Shown piece by piece: positions 55,132-64,000 of a stretch of 64,000 bases of DNA. The stretch is from Camelus ferus (taxonomy: Eukaryota): assembly GCF_009834535.1 (NCBI RefSeq), contig NC_045707.1:47060001-47124000 (forward strand). Reading direction: 5' to 3'. The stretch's first letter is position 1, and each line of letters opens with the position of its first letter. The notes under the pieces are model-generated. The model did not search any database and had not been told where the DNA came from. It saw only the letters and a list, made by a program, of their open reading frames with translations. The translations under genes and the position numbers were made by a program.

Positions 55132-55656
55132 TGTAGCAGTTTGTTTTTTTCAAAGTTGGCCACAATTGTATCTTCCATCACACATACTCTGATCTTTTCT
55201 AAAATCTTGCCACTTTTCTTTGAAAAGAGGGGGGTCCATGTCCCCTGCCTGTCAAACTAGGTTGGCTTTTGTGACTAGTCAACCAACAGATTGTGGTGGG
55301 AGTGATGCTATGTGACTTCCAAGGTTGGGTCAAAAAAGGTGATTCAGCTTTCACTTTGTTTGCTAGAACACTCATTCTTGGAATCCAGCCACCATGCGGT
55401 GAGGAAGCCCAAGTCACCCCAGGGAAAGGCCTACTTGGAGAGGAAATAACAACCGGTACCAACTTGCCAGCTATGTGAACTATCTTGGAAATGATTTTGG
55501 TCCCAGTCAAGCTGCCCAGGCTGACACAGCATGGAGCAGAGACGTACCTTCCCTGCCAAGCCCTGCCCAAATTGCAGATTGAAAAGCTAAATAAATAATT
55601 ATTCTTTTCAGTACTCAGTTTGAGCTGAATTGTTATGCAATAGATAACTGGGATAG
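55132..55656 (+). mobile_element. MaLR LTR (MLT1-type)
   Basis: TGTAGCAG start, gatgctatgtgacttccaagg, cagccaccatg and ending tgttatgcaatagataactgggata. Confidence 0.75.
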
Positions 55657-56979
55657 TACCCTTCTAACCCCTAGTCACTCTGCCTTTCTTTCTATCAGGG
55701 TGAGTTCTGGGCCCTCTCTAAAATATTCTGAAAGTATCCTTATCCAATGTCATTTAGTTTCCTAGATTCTTCTAATTACAGAACCACTCATTTCCAGAGT
55801 TCTGGTTATTTGAAGTTCTCACTATTGCCTCTGAGGCTTGGTTTCTCATCTTAGAAGCAATGGAAATAAGAGAGCCTATCTTATGCACTTTGCAATTAAA
55901 TAAGATAATTTATGTAATCATTTCACATCATGCCCAGCACACAATGTTTTCTCTTATTATTCTTACTAGGTTTCTTGCATTCATTCTCCATTTCTTTAAT
56001 GCATCCCCCCCCCCCCCCAATAGCTCAATGCCATTTCACAGGCTTTTTCCTGAGCCTTGCATGTTCTTCCCTGCCAGGTCAGTTAGATTCTTACTCATCC
56101 TTTAGGACGCCGCTTCTCCGTAAAGAAGCCCTCTCTGACTTCTCGAGCAATTAATGCCTCTGTGTACTCAAATAGCACCTTAGAGAACCTCTATTACGGC
56201 CCTTAACACATTGGATTGTATTTACTGTTATCTTGTCTCTCTCCTCTGCTGGACTCTAAGTTCCTGGAAGGCAGGGTCAGCCTTTTTGTATTCTTATCCA
56301 CTAACGTAGCACCTGGCACATCTTTATTGACCATCTACTGCCTGTGTTACTGTGCTAGAAAACACCTAGGAAACATCGTGGCTAAGTGGTTAGGGGGCCC
56401 ATGTTTTGGCAGACGTGTCTGGGAACAAAAGAGGTCCACTTCCCGCACAACCCTGGAAAAAGTGAATGTCTGTTAGCGTTATATGTAAAGAGGAGTAAAC
56501 ATCTTAAGATTGCCATGACGATAAAGCAAAATATCCGCAAAAATCTCATCACATAGCAAGCAGTCAATCATCAGGATGCCACGAAATGCTTCCTCAACAA
56601 TCCCATTTTCGGGCACCCTCACTCTAATCCTCCTTTAGGGCCCTGCACTCTATGGGTAATCCCTCTTTCAGGGATTACTCTGGGCTCTGTAATCCTCTGC
56701 TCGGTCATTCCTCCGCTAGCCACTCTGCGACTCAACCACTGGGTTCAGGCGCTCAGAAGCCACTCTTCTTCGCCGCCCCCAACTCCTCCAGGCCCTTTTC
56801 TTTTAGTTTTCCCAGGTCTAAGGGATGTGTCAAAGAGGCCCGACTTGTGAGAAATTTAAACATCAAAATTCTGGTGAGGGTTTTCCTGGATGACTTTCGT
56901 GACCCACAGTTGAGAGCTTTGCTACTGAGTTTCGGTCTTCTCCCTTTGAGGAAGGAAGCCTCGAATCAACTTGACCTCT

Positions 56980-58200
56980 GTCGTTCCTGGCAACTCCAGC
57001 CGCGACCGCGCGCAATGCAGTAACGTTCAATGAACGAGCGAACGAATGAATGAATGGGCTACGTCAGCGTCTGGGCCTCTGTTACATCGCCCACCGGCGC
57101 GGGCGTGGCCTCGGATAAGAGGCCTGCCGGGCGCGGGTGGCCCAGTCCCGCGGTCGTGCGGCAGGCTCGGCCACGAGCGCCGGAGCTCCGCGCCGCCCCG
57201 CGCCGCCTCCCCCAAGTCCCTGCCCCGCCGCGGCGCGTCACTTCCGCCACCCCCAGGACGGGGCTGGGGCGGGGAGCGCGGGGGAGGGGGGCCAGGTCCG
57301 AGGGAAGCCCGCCCGCTCCCGCGCCCGAGCAGGGACTACATTTCCCGAGGGGCCTCGGCGGCGGCGGAGGCGGCGGCGGGCGCGGCAACGTCCCCCGGAA
57401 GTGGAGCTCGGGACTTCCACTCGTGCGTGAGGCGAGCGGAGCCGGAGACGAGACCAGAGGCCGAACTCGGGATCTGACAAGATGGCCGGGCTGCCCCGCA
57501 GGATTATCAAGGTAACCGCTCGGGCCGGCCGCCGGCTCGCCGCTCTGCTCTTGCCGGCTCGGCAGACCGGGCGGCGCGGCCCCTAGCTTCCTCCGGCCCG
57601 CGGCCCGCGCTGAGAGGCCCGAGGCAGCGCGGAGAGGATCTGGCCGCGGCGGCGAGGGAAGTCGGGCGCTGGGGAGGGGGCGCCCCGGAGACTTCCGGCC
57701 GCTGTGGGGCAGCCCGGCGGCGGGGATCCGGGGCTCCCAGGCGGCCCCTCCGCGAGCAGGGAAGGCCGGGCCCGCGCCCTGGCGGAGGGTGGGGCCGCGG
57801 GGTTGCGGGGCTCTAGTCTCAAATGCGGGCCGGCGCGGGCCTCCGCGGCCTCTTAGACCACCCCCGGGCGGAGGCCGCGGGCGCGCGGGAATCGCGGTGG
57901 GGCCCGGACTCCGGGAGGGGGTTGCGGCCGGATACGGCCGCTCGGCCCGGGATCCCTGTTTCGGCCCGGGCGGGAGTGCGGGGGTGCGGCAGCCCCAGGT
58001 TCAGAATGAATGAACCGGGAGAGTGAGGCCGGGCGGGGCCCAGTGCCCCAGGAGGCGGCTCCGGGTGGGCCGTGCGTCCTGCAGCCGCCCGCACATGTTC
58101 GCCCCTGGCTGCGGGGTCCGGAGACGTGGGGGCTCCGCGCCCTGCTGCCCTCGCTTCCGCGATCTCTTCTCCTTAAATACGTTTCCGCTAGTTATCTCCG
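56980..58200 (+). promoter_or_regulatory. UBE2N: UBE2N CpG-island promoter, exon 1 and start of intron 1
   Basis: Very GC/CpG-rich. ETS-CRE composite GCGTCACTTCCG 57235-57246, GC box GGGGCGGGG about 57266, ZNF143 motif ACTACATTTCCCGAGG 57335-57350, ETS CCGGAAGTG 57395-57403. Confidence 0.9.
57482..57511 (+). CDS. UBE2N: UBE2N (Ubc13, K63-chain E2) first coding exon; the remainder lies beyond the window
   Basis: acaagATGGCCGGGCTGCCCCGCAGGATTATCAAG|GTAACC encodes MAGLPRRIIK, the UBE2N N-terminus, with a phase-0 donor. Head-to-head with MRPL42 as recalled for human 12q22. I saw no exon-2 sequence (ETQRLLAEP...) before 64000. Confidence 0.95.
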
Positions 58201-60029
58201 CGAAGTGATTTTACTCTGGTTGGCAAACTCTTTCAGAACTGCTTCTGTTCAGAGGAAATAGTTTACAAGAGCAGGCGGGGGTTGGAGGGGTGGAACGGCA
58301 CAGATAGGGGGACCTTGTGAAATCTTTTGCCTCTTCATTTTGTGCGCTTTGATTATTAAACCATTCTTCGGCTCTTCACGAGTGTATACTTTGACAAATA
58401 CGAGTGAACCGTGAAAAATTAGACGTCTTGGTTTTTTTAGGTTCTTTACATGAATATCATCAAGTCCTCATAGTGAAAAAATTTTGCAACCCTCAAAAAC
58501 AAAGCCTTGAGATTTTTGATCAGTTTTGGTGAAGGAAATTAGTTGATCCTCTGTATTGCTTATTGTGCAAGTTAAAGTGCATACATTGCACCATCATTTT
58601 ACTTGTTATAGCCTGGTGAACGTGTATTTAATCTGGTTTGTTCTTAAAGTTTGGCGGGTGATGCATGCTAAATGGTTAAGACCTGTTGAAGGATGGTGTA
58701 TTGTGCAGTGCTTCAGGCAATTGCAGTGAAATTTATCTGAGATGGAGGTATCTCTGACCTAAAGATGCTTGATTTAGAGAAATAAGATGTGTTTTGTAAG
58801 GTAAGTCTTTGAGAAGTAGAATAGATTGTCATTGTACGCTGGAATCTAATGATTTGAACCTTCATAGTGTTGTATAAAACCTTCATTCGTTTTATTAAAG
58901 GTTTGTCTCAGATTGTATCCAAGGCATTTTAATGGCTGTGTGCAGTGGGAGGTCCTTACCGTGTGGTTCTAGTTATAATGCAGTCACATGGCCTCAATGG
59001 TCATATTTATTGAGGCCCCATTTGACAATGAGGGGTGGAAAATAGAACTGAACACCAATAATCCTCGGAGTTTTATTTACTGTTATTCAGGTAATTGATT
59101 AAGTACATAGTACACATTGACATTCAAGATAATTCTCCAAAATACATAAGAACTAAAGACTTTTCATATATTTTTCTGCTTTTGCTTGATGCTGGAGGTA
59201 TTCTGGAATAATATGAAAGCCTTGGAAAAATTAATTCCGTAGTAACTTACAGATATGACTTGAAGCAATAAGTCAAAGTCCTCATAATTCAATTCATTTG
59301 GCACACGGTAATTTAGTTTACACTACGGTTTTACATTTTACTATTTAAATCAAGACAGTGATAACTCATATATAATCTTGTTGATAGCATGTCTCTAATG
59401 AAAAGTGCCTTGATTTGGGTTTTATCTTGTAGGAGTTAGGTGGTTTTACTTGAATGCTATTTATAGCAAAAAGAACTATTTTCTCCAATCCCTAGGAAGG
59501 ATTAAAAGATTACACTATTTTTTTTATAGTGTCCATGTTTATATTATGTAGGCTTTTCTATAATCATTGAAAATGTTTATTTTTTTATATCAGTATTAAA
59601 AAAACAAAGGGTTTGCCTCCTTCTCTGTCAACCAGGATACAAGGTTCTATATGGAATATAATGGTGGTGGCAGTGAGGCAGCACTACTGCCCTGAATGAT
59701 GGGAATGTACTGTCTCTCATTAGACAGTTCTGCCTGAAATATGGGCATTATTTACATCTGTGAAATTTTTCAACCATTTGGTACCTGCAGAAATCTTGTG
59801 AAGTAGACAATACCGTTTATAGGCTAGAAACCCATTCAAAGGACTTTCCTAGGGTCTTAAACCTGGCAAGGGGCAGAACTTGAATCTTGACCCAGTGTAA
59901 CCTTCCCCTGCCTCTGGTTATTATGAAATGACATAAAGATTATGTAAAAGTACTTTAACTGTCAATAACTATACAAATGTAAGATTTTTTTTTTTTGAAT
60001 TACTATTCACTCAGTTGCTATCCTACTCA

Positions 60030-60745
60030 GATTCTCATGTCTAATTCAGTAGCAAATTCTGTATGCTCTATTTTTTTTAATTATATCCTGAATCAGACAC
60101 ATTTCCCTATCTTTCTGAAACCGCTGTTCAGTTCCATCATTTGTTGCCTGGTCTACTGTGTTGGTCTCCTTTTAAACAGCAGCTAGTGTTACTTTTTAAA
60201 ACATAGATCTTGTCACTGCTCAGAACTCTACAAAGATTCTCCATCACATTTAAAATAAAATCTTAACACCCCCCCCCCCCCCCCAAGCTACAAGGCCCTA
60301 CATGCATGCATCTGGGATCTGCCTGCCTCTGAGATCATCTCCTGCACTCTCTCCTGGGGTCTCTACGTTGCAGCCACAGCTTTTTTTGTTGAGCAATAAG
60401 AGGCTACAAGTGTTTCAGTCACAGGGCTTTCCTCCTGTTGATTGCATTGCTTGCCTTGTCATATTCAATTCTTGGCTCACATGTCATATCCTCAGAGAGG
60501 TTTACCTTAACAGTCCTAAAACACAGTCCTCCCCCATCTCCCATAATTTCTCTTTATCCTCTTATTTCTTTCTCTTCTGTATAGCACTCATCACTACTTG
60601 AAGTTACATTATTTGCTGTTTAGCTCTACTTCCATTAAAGCCCCATGAAGGCTGGGACTCTTGGATGATTTAGGAAGTGCTCGAATGCCCAGAATACATA
60701 ATTTACAAATCTAATGCCTCGCCACTGAAATATTGAATGAATGAG
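60030..60745 (+). mobile_element. L2 relic in UBE2N intron 1
   Basis: gcctggtctactg, ccccatgaaggctgggac and terminal attgaatgaatga. Confidence 0.7.
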
Positions 60746-63700
60746 TGCACTTCAGTCTTTTTGGAAGAAAGTTTTAGGAGAGTTATTCTATATAATTTGA
60801 CAGTGTTACTGCTTAGTAGATTCTATCTGAATATGTCTGAGTTAAAAGTTTCTAATTCTACCCCTAAATTCATTTAAAAACAAAACAAATCAATCTTTTG
60901 TTCTATTGACTAGGAAATACTTAGGACACCTTTGAAAGGTTCTAAAGGGTACATATAGGAAAACTAAGACTCTTAATCTGTCCTTCAGCATTCCAGTTCC
61001 CCTCCCTGGACAACCACAACTTTTATTGTATATTCTCCCCAAAAGACCAGAGAGACTTAGTGCATATATGTTAGGCCTCCTTCCCTTCTCCCAAGCAAAT
61101 ATTGTACTTTGATTCCCTCTTCTGTCCAAAAATACATCTTTGAGGTGACTAATTTTTAAAGAGCTGCTTTGTGGAACCTTGTGTTTAGGCCTTAATTTAG
61201 CTAATTACATATGAATAACTTAGATTGTTCCCCATATTTTTCCATGCAAACAATGCTGTAATGAGTGGTCGTACATATAGTGACTTACACATGTATGAGT
61301 TATACTGACTCTTGGCAGTTAATGTGTTTAGCTAGGATTTTCTTTTTTTTTCTCTTTTTCTCCTCGCCCAAACCTCTTTTAGTCTCTAAAAGTGAGGAAG
61401 CAATTAAAGCTTCAAACCACATAGGTTAAAAGGCACGTAAAATAAGAGGTCCTCCTTAATCCATCTGTCATAAAGAACCAGAGTTATTTTGGGAATAAAT
61501 AAATGAGCTCTGTAGTTGTGACTTGGTCAAAAACAAATTTATCTCAGCTTTACATGTTACATCGACAGAATGACGTTCCTTTAGTTTTCTGCTCGAAAGT
61601 AACCATGAAAGCAAATCTATCAAATATAGCAAGTACTGTTAAGGAAACCGTAGTTAACTTACTCAAGGAGTTGACTTATTTGATTAAAACCTAGCAAACC
61701 AACCTTCTGAGATTAGAATTTCATCAGTCTTTCCTAAAATTTAGATTTCTGTTTGGTGAGCTTTAGTTGCAAATTCTTGAAGACCTGATATGATCTGACT
61801 TTGTACTGAGACTTGAGTTCTGTTTTGTACTTTAATAACTTTGATTTTTAAAAATACAGATTTTTTCCCATCACTATTTAAAAGCTACTCATTTGATACG
61901 TATTCTAGTACATAAAGTAGTTTTTAGTAAGAAAAGTGATTCAGAAAACTGACCCTTTTGTAAGCCCTGGAAACTTTGGCTGATGTTTTTTCCCCATTAA
62001 AAAAAGACATGAAAAACTTACCATAATGAGGGTGGACTTGTTATGAGTTGTAATTAAAACATCCTTAGGAAACAGATAAACTTACATAGTAAAAATTTGA
62101 CTAGAAACAGTGTGGTTTTTAAGCTCTTTTGGTGGTTGTCCCAATTCAAGAATTTTTTTACCTTCCTAGGACCATAAATCATATTTTTTGCATATGGCTT
62201 CTGGGGATTCAGGTTCTTGAGAAACATGTGAGTTCCCTGGTCTCCATGGATTCCAGGTTAAGAATCCCTGAACTACTTTTGGAGGTAATTAAACTTTCAG
62301 GCTACGTGGATATTGTTTAATGTACTAGCTAATGTTTTGATTATGAAATGTACGCATAATTAAAAGTAAGTTAAAAATAGTTGAGTGTTATTTTTTTAAG
62401 CTCCTCTTTGTCAAGCACTTTCTTCAGTCTAGATTGATCAGTTCTCACACAATAGAGATTGAGTTTTGTCAATTTATCAAGTACTTCTTAAGTATCCACC
62501 ATGCTAAATAATAATATCAGGAATATTATGCATGCGCTTTGTGGAAGTTATGAGTTTTCCCCACACTTGCAATGTCTTACAGCCATACACAGTAGAGAAC
62601 ATTATATTATCCTTTTTCTTCTCTGATGAGGAGACTGTAGGCCAGAGAAGTTGGATGATCAATATTGAGGACTTGCAAGTCAATATCTTTGCTTTTTTCT
62701 CTATGCAGTATCTAGTGGTTTGGTTTACCTGCGTGTAAGTGGATTTAAGAAGGAAATAACTTATACTGTAGATTCATGTAGTATGGATTCTGATCATGCA
62801 TTTGAATCTGTTATCATGAGTTATGGATGCGTGTGCACTGTGGAAGTAAATAATAGAACCAAGGAAATGAGGATGGCATCCAGCAGGGGCTTTGGACATT
62901 ATAATTGTAGTCATCACAGTTCTGATGTGGTTGCTTAATTACTATGTTATCTAATTTTACTTTCTAAAAACAGATCTGAAAGGCATAGTATGTGTAGTAA
63001 TGTTACACCAAGAAATAAGAATTTTTGTTTCTATATAAAAGATGAGTTGGACTGATATTTTATTATACAGTTGAAATTTTCTTTGCAAATGTAATGTATG
63101 AGGGTTATCAGCATGGATATACAAACTAGGAAGTGAATAATAGGGAATCAGTTAACTTCAGCTGAAATCTTAGTGACTTTTAAAAATGCTTCCCAAGTGA
63201 AGTTTTTTTTTTTAGTATTAAATACGTCATCTTTAATTTGTAGATTAGATAGGATGTTGGGTCACTCTGAGTGAGATCTTTGGCTCCTGACATCTCTGGT
63301 GTTAGAAACCATGAATGTGAGGTTGGAAGAACTGGATAACTGGTTAAGAGCCCTCAGGGAATGGACAGAAAGAATTCTTTATTCATTTTTTCAAGAGCTG
63401 TACCACACCACACACACGATCAGGGCATTGCATGTTTGTTAAAATCCTGGATGTAGCTATTCTAAAATCCCCTAAGGAAACTGAGGCATATCTATAATTC
63501 CAAGTTGGCCTGTAACTCAGATGTTTCTGAATAATTAGGATTTGGTTGTAGTTTTTTTTTTTTTTTTCCCAGCTTCAATTTAAAGTGTTTTTAGACATTG
63601 GTTTCAGAATCTAATGTTGACATATTTTGCTTTTTTTTTTTTTTTAATTGGCTGTTTTCTCTTCAGATTTTCAAACTCCTTTACTTTTCAGTACCATCAC

Positions 63701-64000
63701 AGTACGTCATGATCAGAGGTTTGGTCTGTTTTTAAGCAAGTCAGTTTTTATTTTCAAAGTCTTCACAGTATAGTGACTGAAGGCATTGTAGTTGAGAAAA
63801 TACTAGAAAGAAGTATAACAAATGCTATCTATGTGTCTTTAGACTATGGGTGCTTTTTATTTCTTTACGACCTTCTAAGATTTCTTTATAGTTTATACTA
63901 AGGAAAAGGTTATTGCTGTAAAGTCCCTGTTTTTTAGTGACCTTTAAGGACCATGGGGGTTACCTCTGTCTACCCCCTTACTATGGGACTGGGGCAAAAT

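Noticed and set aside
57027..58261. Many overlapping 60-153 aa ORFs on both strands
   Set aside because: Pro/Gly/Arg/Ala-rich translations expected from a stop-poor CpG island; the real coding part is only 57482-57511.
63550..63670. Strong acceptor-like sites (poly-T...CCCAG; ttttctcttcAG) as UBE2N exon 2
   Set aside because: Downstream sequence does not encode ETQRLLAEPVPG; exon 2 lies outside the window.

Overview
Mammalian (eutherian) genomic DNA, AT-rich and repeat-dense. Short tRNA-derived SINEs and the young L1 3' ends suggest a camelid or related cetartiodactyl (inference). The window holds the complete MRPL42 gene on the minus strand (6 exons, 426-nt spliced CDS, 141 aa, all introns GT-AG). 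Divergently, about 9 kb away, it holds the CpG-island promoter, first coding exon (MAGLPRRIIK) and start of intron 1 of UBE2N on the plus strand. The rest is mostly transposon relics: L1, L2, MIR, CR1/L3, solo ERV LTRs, MaLR and Tigger2-type MITEs. I find no evidence of a new multi-gene system. Points worth a second look are a one-codon-shorter MRPL42 exon 3, two uORFs in the MRPL42 leader, a shared ZNF143/ETS/YY1 promoter grammar, candidate CTCF sites, an atypical poly(A)-less L1 insertion with a target duplication, an L1 tail abutting a splice donor, and a possible degenerate ERV env fragment at the left edge. Repeat subfamily names and human comparisons are from memory, not from database searches.
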